From Candidatus Poseidoniales archaeon (GTDB taxonomy: Archaea > Thermoplasmatota > Poseidoniia > Poseidoniales > Thalassarchaeaceae), in the NCBI GenBank assembly GCA_012959435.1, contig DUDF01000116.1, positions 5,366 to 69,365 on the forward strand: a DNA stretch of 64,000 nt, written 5' to 3'. Below, piece by piece: positions 52,231 through 61,964 of the stretch; positions within the stretch are counted from its first letter, which is position 1, and each line of letters begins with the position of its first letter. A model generated the notes under the pieces. It was not told the DNA's origin and searched no databases. It worked only from the letters and a program-made list of their open reading frames with translations. The position numbers and the translations under genes were made by a program.

Positions 52231-55200
52231 TCAGAATGGCATCTGACCGCTGAGGGAATTACGAATTCTTCGGAATCCTAGGAATCCAATAATGAAAGCT
52301 GCTATGATTAACAACGGCACCCAAATATTTACCGATTCGGGAGGTGGTGTGGCAACCTTCAACGATCTTGTGATACTTTCATCAGAATCTTCATCTAAAT
52401 CAAGTCCGAACTCACTCTGTAAAGTAAACACGAAATTCTGCTTGCCAATGCCGACGCCATCTAAATCAATGAAGAGAATGTATTCAGCCGTATTTCCAAT
52501 TGCTATATCCTGTGATTCTGAAAGGATGTAAAGGTCATCATATCCTTCAATTGAAATGTTAACTCTGATGTTTTTTGCGTCAACAAGGCCAGTATTTTCA
52601 AGCGATACAATCATTTTGTTGCTTTTACCTCTAACGGCATCTTCACCATTAAATGTACCAGTATTATCTATTATGAAGTTCAGAAGTGGCTTCGCAGACT
52701 TAATCTGTAATTCGATTGGATCATAGGCAGTACCATCAGTGCTATTGATATTTACAGCAAGTGTAAATGCTGTAGTGTCAGCATCAGCAGGTGCAAAGAT
52801 AGTGAACGAATATGTTCTTTCTTCACCATATGCCCAAGGCGATTCACTAGGTCCTGTAGCACTCCATCCATCTGGTAACCATGCAGTGTCAATCTCAAAT
52901 CCAAGCATGTCTTGGCCATTTCCTGTATTCAGAATAACGAATTCAACACGCTTCTCTTCCCCAGGGAATACTCCAATAGTATCTCCAGGTGATGATACAA
53001 TCTCAATAGAGTAAGTCTGAGGGATGTGAATCTTCAGGACATATTCGCTGAATGTACCTGTTGAATGGGTTGTTCGTAGTTTGATGATGTGCCCGCCAGC
53101 AATTGACTGTGCGTTCTCAACATCGGCTGTTGTAACACGCATGCGTATTGAAGATGAGGCACCACCATCCAAACCAAGGGTCACGGGTGTTGTCTCGCTC
53201 CAAATTTCTGTACCATTCTCATCTGTCCCATTATAGAACTCGATATTCCAGTAATCAACATCTTCTGCATCGAAGACTGTCCCGACCGTATACTCATCAA
53301 AGGCTTCGTTACCGTTGTAAGTCAAATTAACATTGAACTCTATCACTTGGTAAGCAGTTTCATTATCATATAATGCATTAACTTCCTCATTACTATCATC
53401 TGTTTGATTTGCCCCACTAATTGATGTGATGTTGAAGTCAATCGAGTGTTCAAGGATACGATTGTAATTGAAGGTCACTGCAGGAGCTTCTTGTTGAGCA
53501 GAAATAGTACTGGTCAACCCCGCTCGGTAAACCATTGCCATCCCTCGCTCATTGGTCTCAAATACGCCCTCAAGGTAAATGTCTCCACTAGGTAATAAGA
53601 AGTTAATTTGTCCATTAGAGTCAACTGTTTCGTTCCAACTAACTCCTAAGATGGTCACTTTAATTTCAGGTGAACCGAATATTTCTGCACCAGAAACACT
53701 AGTCTCACTCAAATCATGGCTCTCACCATTAAAGTCAATCCAGTTTGTGCTGAGTACCAAAGTCCCTCCTTGAATCATAGTCAAGTTCATTTGCGCACCA
53801 TCGTGGACGTCAGCCTCAACAATTGTAATCCCAACAATTCCTTCATCAACAACTGTTGCAGAAAGAATCCAATCACCGGGTTCAACATCAGCAGTCCACT
53901 CGCCATCCCAAGAGCCATCGTTAGCCATCACCTTAGTAGGTGTACGGGAATCTCTCTCGATTCCTGACGCAGGTATTAGAGTTAGGACAACATCATCTGA
54001 GAACTCATCCCAAACTTCCATTTGCACATAATCAACAATTCCAGAAATTGTAACATTACCTGCTGATAACTCAAGGTCTGTAGAGTTAGAAACTGTTGTC
54101 ACTTGAGCAACAATCGACACCGAAGAGAACCCAAGTTGAGATGCCTCAATAGAGTAATTGTTTTGTGACGGCACAAATAATTGCCATGTACCATAGGAAG
54201 AACTAGTCAAGTTCACAGGTGTATCAAGACCTCCTCCCGAGACGGTGATGTTTGCGCCTTCAACACCTTCGTTGAAATCGTACTCGTCATCAGAATCTAA
54301 GTCCCAGAACAAGTTACCTCCAAGGGTAACCCAATGTTCTACTGAGAAGTTAATGATTGAAAGGTTTTGACCGGCAGATAATGTTGCTAGTTGTTGATCA
54401 TCCAACACCCACCTATCCATTGATTCAGAGCGGTTTAGCGCTACAACCCAATCACCGGGGAATAGGTAACCAACCATATCTCCTTGATCGTTCGTGTACG
54501 GCAGTACTACCTCGCCATATCCATCTGAGCTAGTTGCAATTAGTGAGAAACCGGTCAACGGGTCACCTGTATCACCTTCAGAAAGGTGGATTGCTACTTC
54601 AGCAGATTCCAACGAGCGCCATATCAAACCTGTTCTAGATGATGTTTCATTCGTTGTAAGTGCAACTCTAAATTGTTCATATGTGTCCGCAACCAAAGTT
54701 CTGTCAACTATGACTACCCAATCACCCTCAGGTATGTAATCTGAAATTGTTCCGTTTTCATCCGCTAATATTTGGAATGTATCCTCAGAATCAACCGAGT
54801 TAAAGATGACTGTTATGTTATCTAGAATACCACCTGATTGATTGGTTAAATTTGCTTCTAACTTCCACAATGGTTCAAGTATCAATTCTGCATACTCTGT
54901 TGTGGTGTTATCCAATCCTAATTCAAGAATTAATTCATTGTCAATTAGAACTGTATCAAAGTCAGAGCCATTTACCTTGTCTTGTGCATCAATTGCGATT
55001 GTGTATACACCTGGTTGCAATGAAGCGTTGTAATGTCCATTTGACATCTCATCTGCTGTGACGTTCAATCTTGTACCAACTCCTCCTCCAGAAATCGGTA
55101 CGAATGCAAAATCAATACTGACAAATGTGCCATTACTACTGTTCCCATCAAGTGAATGGTCTAGGAAGGCAGTAATGTCCACAGTGATGTTGTCAGGGTT

Positions 55201-58200
55201 TGCTATCAACTCCACGCGAGAAAGTTCTTCGAGGTTTATATCTGATACTTCTAATAGTAATTCATCAACATTTAGTCTATCATCTGAGACATCAAATGTC
55301 CAATTACCCTGCATCAACTTCTGTGAAAAGCGCCCTGTTTCAGGATCAATATCAAAGTACCAATGTACACCTCTATCAACCTGATATGCATGCAATTGCA
55401 CTTCAGTAAACCCAGGGATATTCGGCGTATAGGCAGTTTGGTTCTCAAATAGGTAAAGCATACCATCTACCAACAACCCTTCTTCTAAGTGAAGAATGAC
55501 TGGTGCCATACCATCAGAAACCATGAAATTGGTGCCATTTGACATTTGATTTGCAATTGATGTGGTGGTCATATTTACATCTACACCTTCAGGTAAGAAC
55601 ACTGAGAAATTACCTGCTTCGGAGCCATAACCTGTTTGGACTGAAGTTGTGATTCCGCCCCATTGGAACTTTACCTCAATATTTGGAACACCTTCATCGG
55701 GTGACTCCTCTTTCCCAGTTTCAACAAGAATTTGACCGGTGACGTTGATGCTTCTCCTCAGCATCCAATTGATGTCTGTGATGTCCTCTGTCAACTCAAA
55801 TTCTTCCCACAGTAACAAATCACCATCGGAAGATGTGTTGGCAACCCACTCGCCTTCTGGCAATTCAACCCGATAAGTACCTGTTTCATTATCATAAATT
55901 GCTTCAACATATTCGTCGTCTGATAATACCGGACCATGGAAATTGATAACTGCATCAGTAACTGGTTCGACTGAACCGCCACCGGCATCCTTCATCAGTG
56001 TGAATTCCATGTCAAAATGCATAGGAACTGCGGCATCACTGCTCGCCATTGTGAAATTCGTTGGGTCGATTGTAGCAGCGACTGCAGCTCTACCATCACA
56101 GAAATTGGCTGTAGCAGGAGTTATCCAAGGAATACATTCGTTGAATCCATCGCCATCAGCATCCATAACCATCTCGTATGAACCATCAGGAATAGGCCCA
56201 TAACCAAATGAACCATTCTCATCAGTATAGATGATACAGGGAGCAAATATAGCCTCAGTGCAAGGTTCTGTTGCCTCTTCATCAATGCTTACTTCAGTTA
56301 GGTACAATTCAGTATTTGCAATTGGCGAACCATTGAACCAAACTAGTTCACCATCGAGTCGAGAACCCGGTAGACGTAATTCAACTCCACTAGTTGGAGT
56401 CGTATCAACTTCAAGTGGAGTACTCAATCTAGTGATATTCCCATTTGGAAGAATAACATAAACTCGGTATGAGCCAGGTAATGCGTCAACTAAGTGGAAT
56501 GTACCGGGCTCAACCATTGGGCCGTTGAAAATACCAGCACCGCTGAATGTGCCACTACCGTTGATTGTACCGTATGTTTCAAGACTCTCATCAGTCCCAT
56601 CGGTGAAGAATATACCGTTGCCTACAAGTGTTTCACGGTATAATGTTGCAGTGTAATCAACTGAACCATTTGCAGTTACTTTACCTGTACCGTCAAAAGT
56701 CCCTGAGAACAAGTATGTAACTGGATCTGAATCCGCCAATGTACATATTTCAGAGGGTTCAGGGATTGTGTTATTAACACATGTTGGAATTATTTCACCA
56801 CTTGTGATATCGCCAACGAATTGACCTGCACCAGAGAATTTCCCAACCCCTGTAAATGAGTGATTATTTGCAATCTGTCTTGTGTAGTTACCAGTGAAAT
56901 CAGACACTAATACCTCGCCTTCAGTAACTACCAAACCAGCACCAGTAAAGGTCACCTCACCTTCACCACGGAACACACGTGGATATTCATCGGTTGACAC
57001 AACTGTACCATTAGTAGTCCAGATATGCCCTAGTTCTTCTTCTGTCCAAATATCAGTAAAAATCAATTCATGGGAACTCAAAGGTGTCCCATCAAATGAT
57101 GAGTGCCCTTCCCAAGTAACAATTCCTGTCGCACTGGATGCTTCAATTGACAATGACTTCGAAATAACTGCACCACCATTGGTATCTGCTTGCGCACCAG
57201 TGACATTGAAATCCATCTCTCCGAGTAACTTCCCACCACTAACATTTGCCAAAATTCCAGTGATTGGATTAACTGACCTACTACCATCTTCATCAGTGCT
57301 TTGGCCTAAAACATCTGAAAACCATCCTTGCCATTCTTGGAAGTTGCTTTGTGCTGAGACGATTGCGTCACGGTCTTGATTACGCAAAACCTGTGCATCT
57401 TCTGCAAATCCAGAGAATGCTGTTACGCGAATGTGACCTGCTGGAACGCGGAATTCAAACCGTCCATTCTCGTCTGCATCAACTGAACCAATTGGGATCC
57501 AATATTCTCTTGGGTCCTCATCAAAGATATCTTCACCACTGTAAGCGTCACGTTCAATCAATAGACGTGCCTTCGGGACTACTCCGAAGTCACCTAATTT
57601 GACTTCACCACTTAGGGTAGCACCACTGTAGTACTTGAGTATCTTTACACCTGTGTTCGCATCATACCAAGGAGTGGTTTCGGTGGCTTCATCATTATAC
57701 CAATTCGCGATAACAAAGTTAGGCATCATAGCACCGGGAAGCGGGTATGCATACTGCAAACTGCTGTTCGTACTACCTCTTAGGTCAAAGTGCTGACCTG
57801 GCTGAGCAACCTTCCCAGGGAGACCCAATTGTGAACTACCGTAGCCAACATAAGCGCGGGCAACCATAGTTTCAAAGAATTCAGGCTCTTGATCAACCCG
57901 TAAGTCAACTGCTTGAATAATGTCCCCTGTGTTCTGTGATTGACTGAGTATGAGATCATTCTTGTATTGCTCTTCATATTCAGCTTGAGTCATGTCAACA
58001 AAGAAGTTTGAACTACCTCTCTGAGTAACATACCACGTCTTCATGTATGTCTCAGGGTCAAGACCAGCAAGTGTGGTAGGTGCATAGAAAATCCCCGTTG
58101 GATTACCACCACTACTCTGGTATGAGCCGCCTGTTGGATACAGACGATTATCAACTCCGAAATAACGAATATCGTGGTTTCTAGTAATAGTATCTCCAGG

Positions 58201-61200
58201 GCTACCCTCTGAATCTTCAACAATGTAGGTGACATCATTTGTTAATTGATGATAAATATCAACTAATTCAGGCATATCCATTACAGTAGTCAAGAAAACC
58301 CTACCTAGTGCTAAGCGGGCGTTCTGCCTGTGGATTGAAGATGATACATCATCAAAATCCTCAACTATGTCCTTTGTGTACCAATAATTACCAATTACTT
58401 GGTGACTAAACTTATTAACAACTTCATCGTTACGATCCTTTGATTGATTGAACTGAATCAATGCATCATTTTTATTGTTAAAATCGCCACCTATTTGCTC
58501 CTCACTATCATACACACGATAGATTGTAGCAGATGTTGGCATTCCGTTGTAGTCAAGCACGTGCCCCTCGCCAAGTGCAATTGCACCTGCTTTCTTAGTA
58601 ATTGAGAATGAACGAGATTTTAACTCATCAACCCCATTATCTCCACCTAGAGTGTTTAGAAGTAGGAACTCCTCAATTTGACTGTCAGTAAAATGCTTCT
58701 CTAAAGTGCGCTGGAAGTCAGGTGTAAATGTGCCACCATTGTATCTCAAATCACCTTCTGCAATCGTCATAGTGTAAAGTGAAAGCAAATCTTGGTCACT
58801 TTGTGCCAACAACATATTTCCAGCAGCAGGAATTCCGGACTGGAAGTTATCAGCGACTGTTGGATGCTTTCCTTGAGCCAATGCTTGGAATCCATAATCC
58901 CACCATGATACGAATGCTGGCCTTTGTCCAAACGGTACATCAGCGTCCTGCTCTTCAAGCCATTGATATCCCTCATTCCAAGATTCACCATTGAATCCAG
59001 GTCCAAAGGCACCCATGTACCAACAACTGCTTTCCTTTGCGCTACCGCGGCAATGGTTCGCTGGGTTGTACTGAGTAGAATCTAGGAAAGACCAACCAAA
59101 GATTGGATCTTCTGCACGCAGAATATTAGGTGTTATATTGTAAATATTTGAATCAATATCCTTTGCCTTTGAGTTCCCTGATGGAACCCCTGAGTCTAAT
59201 CCGTAGGTTGCGTGTTGTGCACCTACTAACATGAAAATCATCAGAACTGCAAGCACTCCAGGATATTTCCTAGCAGTCTTGGTAGTTGAGGAAAAGCGAG
59301 CTCTAGGAGAGCCGATACCGAGTCTGCGCCAAGCCTTGGCGAAATCAGTACCCCCTACCCACTGCCACATGATGACAAATGCCCAAGCACCCATCACTGC
59401 AACTGGAGGCGTTGCGTTGAAAATGAATCTACCAGCGCGCCATGCCATCACTCCTGCAACCAAAATCCAGATTGCTAGAACTAACCTACTACTATCACGA
59501 CGGCGCATGCCTTGCCAAAGTGCAATGAATCCAGCAAATAATGCTGCCAATGCTACTATTGGACCAAAGGATGCGAATAGCATTGCTCGACTTGGAGCCT
59601 GTGCTTCAGCGATAGTATCGAAAATTTTGTTCTTTGATAGATAGAAACCACCAGTAAAGAGAACATCCCAACCATTGTATATCCCCAAAAATTGAATCAA
59701 CCAAAGAGCACCGAGGATTACACCCGCTAGCGCACCTCCGCTAACCAATACCAGAAGCCATGGTTTGTCACGGAAAGAAACAGCGACCCACCCTGCTATA
59801 AATGTGAATCCGACAATGTAGAACATTGGTTGGAAACCACTCGCATCGAATACCAGTCCCAGTTGCATATGAGCATAGAATGGTAATGGAAGTAAGAATG
59901 TGACCAACATCATTGTCATTGCAGTAACATACAATGCCATGCTGTCACGTCTGCGGAATTGATTCATCACAATCTGAGCGAAGAACGCCAAGAAAACGAT
60001 TCCAAGACCATAAACGAACCCTTTCCATCCTAGAGCAACAGTAGAAAATGCAACACCTGAGAGAATAGCATTAGCAATTGCTCCTTGTCGCTTTTCAAAT
60101 GTGGCTTTGATTCCTTTGAATAAATAGGCAGGTGACCAATTTGCATTAGCCACCATTTTATCGTCCCCTGCTGCCTTTACTGCTTTCAACCAGAAGTAGA
60201 AACCTAGTGATAGGAACAAGATTGCAAATGCATCGTGGTCAGCCAAAGCAAAGGTGCTGTGACCAACGTGCCCTGGCATCAGAGCAATCAACCATGCCGC
60301 AACTGCACCAGTAGCACGACCGAAGAATCGGTTACCAATTCCTGCAATAGGTAGCACAGTTAGTGCACCATAAATTGCAGGAAGAGCCGCCACAGACCAC
60401 CAAACAGCGTCAGATGCTGGGACACCTAGCAAAGGTGCTAGAATCATGCCACCAACAGCAAGACTCCATGAAAACAAAGGTGGACGAGGGTTGATTGCAC
60501 CTAATGGGTAAGAACGATCCATGTCGATGAGGAAGTGGTTGTGCTCTGCAAGGATGTATTCAACCGTACGCATCATGTACCATGGGTCAGAACCACCAGT
60601 CAAGTCCCATTCATGGGTACCAGTAGAGTTCATGAATGGAAGAACATTCCATACCACACGAACTAGCAAACCAGACAAAAGAGCAGAACCTACGGTAATA
60701 CCATACCAATGCTCCTTCCAAAATTGCTTAGCCAATCCTGGTGTTCTTCTTGGTGAACCATCACCCAATTTTCCTTTGACACTTAGCATCACAACTAGCA
60801 CATTAAGCCAGAAGAAGATGAAGAACCAAACAAACAGACCATTATTCCCGGAGAAATATGAGTGCCATTCTTGTGAACCATTCATTATGATTCCATTCTC
60901 GTGGAAAGAACCGGCTGAGTAAATTAACCAGTTCATAGCGATTAAACCGCCACGTGTCCGCATATTTTCTGCAAAGCAATATGCAGTGAATAATGAGATT
61001 ACACCAGTAAATAGTGGCCACCATACTCCGATTGTATCACCTGAAATTCTCTGTGCTTCTGTTGCTGAGAAGAAAGATGATTCTGAAATCAGGTGGGCTA
61101 GAAGCCAAACACCAAATGCAGCAAACAACGGAATGAATGCTTTATCGTTGATTTTCTCTGGCAGGCTGGAAAACCAACCCTTTGTACTAGGCTTAACAAA

Positions 61201-61824
61201 TCTACCACGAATACCGAGTGTGACGAGCACACCGGTTAAGATAGATATCATCCAGCCGTTAAAGAACAGGAAAGCGGTTGCTTCCCTGTGCCCATCCATT
61301 GCGCCCCAGTAGTTCTCTGTTAGGTCAGGTAGCCAAGCACCGTTCACGAACTGAGTACCGTCCCAAAAAGGGGCAGCAACAGCTGCAAATGAAAGCGCAG
61401 CATAGAAGCCCATTACAATCCAGATGAGTAGGTTTGCTTCATCGTTACGACCTACTCTGTCAAACATGTGTACTCCGAATGCTAAAATCAGGAATAACAC
61501 TCCAAGTAGAGTATTCCCTAAAACCAACTGCGGAATCGCTGCTGCGAGTACTAGTGGCGCGAAGATTAGCAATGTGACCTGTGCAGGTTTCACTCCGAGG
61601 TTGGAGAAGACGATTCGTGGCACACTACCGAACATTGCACCGATCGTGAGTAACACGAACGGCAATACTTGCGTCATTATTGCTGTCTCTTTATCATAGG
61701 TCACACCCAGTGGATACATTGCCATCGTCATTAGCAGCAGAATAAGTGCTGCCAATGGTGCTCTAGCAAGCCCCCACACTACATTACGTAGCGCAGATGC
61801 GTTTCCTTCATTTTCCATTTCCAT
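52231..61824 (-). CDS. aglB: Giant oligosaccharyltransferase AglB/STT3 fused to an extra N-terminal polytopic domain and a ~1800-aa beta-sandwich stalk with a C-terminal TM
   Basis: STT3 hallmarks are all present: GGSDPWYMMRTVEYIL, LADHDAF, DTIAEAQ and SWWDYGFQ (58891..58905). Downstream lie at least ten CarboxypepD_reg/Cna-B-like repeats and two CARDB-like modules. The terminal TM is IWVPLLIIAAFIIGFLGFRRIR. The track start at 61896 is TTG; I use ATG 61824 (MEMENEG). ATG 61818 has better spacing from GAGGT. Confidence 0.85.
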   Translation of the reverse strand: MEMENEGNASALRNVVWGLARAPLAALILLLMTMAMYPLGVTYDKETAIMTQVLPFVLLTIGAMFGSVPRIVFSNLGVKPAQVTLLIFAPLVLAAAIPQLVLGNTLLGVLFLILAFGVHMFDRVGRNDEANLLIWIVMGFYAALSFAAVAAPFWDGTQFVNGAWLPDLTENYWGAMDGHREATAFLFFNGWMISILTGVLVTLGIRGRFVKPSTKGWFSSLPEKINDKAFIPLFAAFGVWLLAHLISESSFFSATEAQRISGDTIGVWWPLFTGVISLFTAYCFAENMRTRGGLIAMNWLIYSAGSFHENGIIMNGSQEWHSYFSGNNGLFVWFFIFFWLNVLVVMLSVKGKLGDGSPRRTPGLAKQFWKEHWYGITVGSALLSGLLVRVVWNVLPFMNSTGTHEWDLTGGSDPWYMMRTVEYILAEHNHFLIDMDRSYPLGAINPRPPLFSWSLAVGGMILAPLLGVPASDAVWWSVAALPAIYGALTVLPIAGIGNRFFGRATGAVAAWLIALMPGHVGHSTFALADHDAFAILFLSLGFYFWLKAVKAAGDDKMVANANWSPAYLFKGIKATFEKRQGAIANAILSGVAFSTVALGWKGFVYGLGIVFLAFFAQIVMNQFRRRDSMALYVTAMTMMLVTFLLPLPFYAHMQLGLVFDASGFQPMFYIVGFTFIAGWVAVSFRDKPWLLVLVSGGALAGVILGALWLIQFLGIYNGWDVLFTGGFYLSKNKIFDTIAEAQAPSRAMLFASFGPIVALAALFAGFIALWQGMRRRDSSRLVLAIWILVAGVMAWRAGRFIFNATPPVAVMGAWAFVIMWQWVGGTDFAKAWRRLGIGSPRARFSSTTKTARKYPGVLAVLMIFMLVGAQHATYGLDSGVPSGNSKAKDIDSNIYNITPNILRAEDPIFGWSFLDSTQYNPANHCRGSAKESSCWYMGAFGPGFNGESWNEGYQWLEEQDADVPFGQRPAFVSWWDYGFQALAQGKHPTVADNFQSGIPAAGNMLLAQSDQDLLSLYTMTIAEGDLRYNGGTFTPDFQRTLEKHFTDSQIEEFLLLNTLGGDNGVDELKSRSFSITKKAGAIALGEGHVLDYNGMPTSATIYRVYDSEEQIGGDFNNKNDALIQFNQSKDRNDEVVNKFSHQVIGNYWYTKDIVEDFDDVSSSIHRQNARLALGRVFLTTVMDMPELVDIYHQLTNDVTYIVEDSEGSPGDTITRNHDIRYFGVDNRLYPTGGSYQSSGGNPTGIFYAPTTLAGLDPETYMKTWYVTQRGSSNFFVDMTQAEYEEQYKNDLILSQSQNTGDIIQAVDLRVDQEPEFFETMVARAYVGYGSSQLGLPGKVAQPGQHFDLRGSTNSSLQYAYPLPGAMMPNFVIANWYNDEATETTPWYDANTGVKILKYYSGATLSGEVKLGDFGVVPKARLLIERDAYSGEDIFDEDPREYWIPIGSVDADENGRFEFRVPAGHIRVTAFSGFAEDAQVLRNQDRDAIVSAQSNFQEWQGWFSDVLGQSTDEDGSRSVNPITGILANVSGGKLLGEMDFNVTGAQADTNGGAVISKSLSIEASSATGIVTWEGHSSFDGTPLSSHELIFTDIWTEEELGHIWTTNGTVVSTDEYPRVFRGEGEVTFTGAGLVVTEGEVLVSDFTGNYTRQIANNHSFTGVGKFSGAGQFVGDITSGEIIPTCVNNTIPEPSEICTLADSDPVTYLFSGTFDGTGKVTANGSVDYTATLYRETLVGNGIFFTDGTDESLETYGTINGSGTFSGAGIFNGPMVEPGTFHLVDALPGSYRVYVILPNGNITRLSTPLEVDTTPTSGVELRLPGSRLDGELVWFNGSPIANTELYLTEVSIDEEATEPCTEAIFAPCIIYTDENGSFGYGPIPDGSYEMVMDADGDGFNECIPWITPATANFCDGRAAVAATIDPTNFTMASSDAAVPMHFDMEFTLMKDAGGGSVEPVTDAVINFHGPVLSDDEYVEAIYDNETGTYRVELPEGEWVANTSSDGDLLLWEEFELTEDITDINWMLRRSINVTGQILVETGKEESPDEGVPNIEVKFQWGGITTSVQTGYGSEAGNFSVFLPEGVDVNMTTTSIANQMSNGTNFMVSDGMAPVILHLEEGLLVDGMLYLFENQTAYTPNIPGFTEVQLHAYQVDRGVHWYFDIDPETGRFSQKLMQGNWTFDVSDDRLNVDELLLEVSDINLEELSRVELIANPDNITVDITAFLDHSLDGNSSNGTFVSIDFAFVPISGGGVGTRLNVTADEMSNGHYNASLQPGVYTIAIDAQDKVNGSDFDTVLIDNELILELGLDNTTTEYAELILEPLWKLEANLTNQSGGILDNITVIFNSVDSEDTFQILADENGTISDYIPEGDWVVIVDRTLVADTYEQFRVALTTNETSSRTGLIWRSLESAEVAIHLSEGDTGDPLTGFSLIATSSDGYGEVVLPYTNDQGDMVGYLFPGDWVVALNRSESMDRWVLDDQQLATLSAGQNLSIINFSVEHWVTLGGNLFWDLDSDDEYDFNEGVEGANITVSGGGLDTPVNLTSSSYGTWQLFVPSQNNYSIEASQLGFSSVSIVAQVTTVSNSTDLELSAGNVTISGIVDYVQMEVWDEFSDDVVLTLIPASGIERDSRTPTKVMANDGSWDGEWTADVEPGDWILSATVVDEGIVGITIVEADVHDGAQMNLTMIQGGTLVLSTNWIDFNGESHDLSETSVSGAEIFGSPEIKVTILGVSWNETVDSNGQINFLLPSGDIYLEGVFETNERGMAMVYRAGLTSTISAQQEAPAVTFNYNRILEHSIDFNITSISGANQTDDSNEEVNALYDNETAYQVIEFNVNLTYNGNEAFDEYTVGTVFDAEDVDYWNIEFYNGTDENGTEIWSETTPVTLGLDGGASSSIRMRVTTADVENAQSIAGGHIIKLRTTHSTGTFSEYVLKIHIPQTYSIEIVSSPGDTIGVFPGEEKRVEFVILNTGNGQDMLGFEIDTAWLPDGWSATGPSESPWAYGEERTYSFTIFAPADADTTAFTLAVNINSTDGTAYDPIELQIKSAKPLLNFIIDNTGTFNGEDAVRGKSNKMIVSLENTGLVDAKNIRVNISIEGYDDLYILSESQDIAIGNTAEYILFIDLDGVGIGKQNFVFTLQSEFGLDLDEDSDESITRSLKVATPPPESVNIWVPLLIIAAFIIGFLGFRRIRNSLSGQMPF
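58891..58905 (-). other. WWDYG catalytic motif of the OST domain
   Basis: The reverse complement of tccataatcccacca is TGG TGG GAT TAT GGA, encoding WWDYG. Confidence 0.9.
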
Positions 61825-61964
61825 TACCTCGGTTGTTGTCAGTCTTACGACCTTCAGCGTGGCCGCCACCTGACCCCTTTTTTTAACCGTTGCCAAACGA
61901 ACGCACGCACACCCACACGCACGTAGGGGGTAAAGCCGTAGTCCAACACTTGGTATTTTATTCT

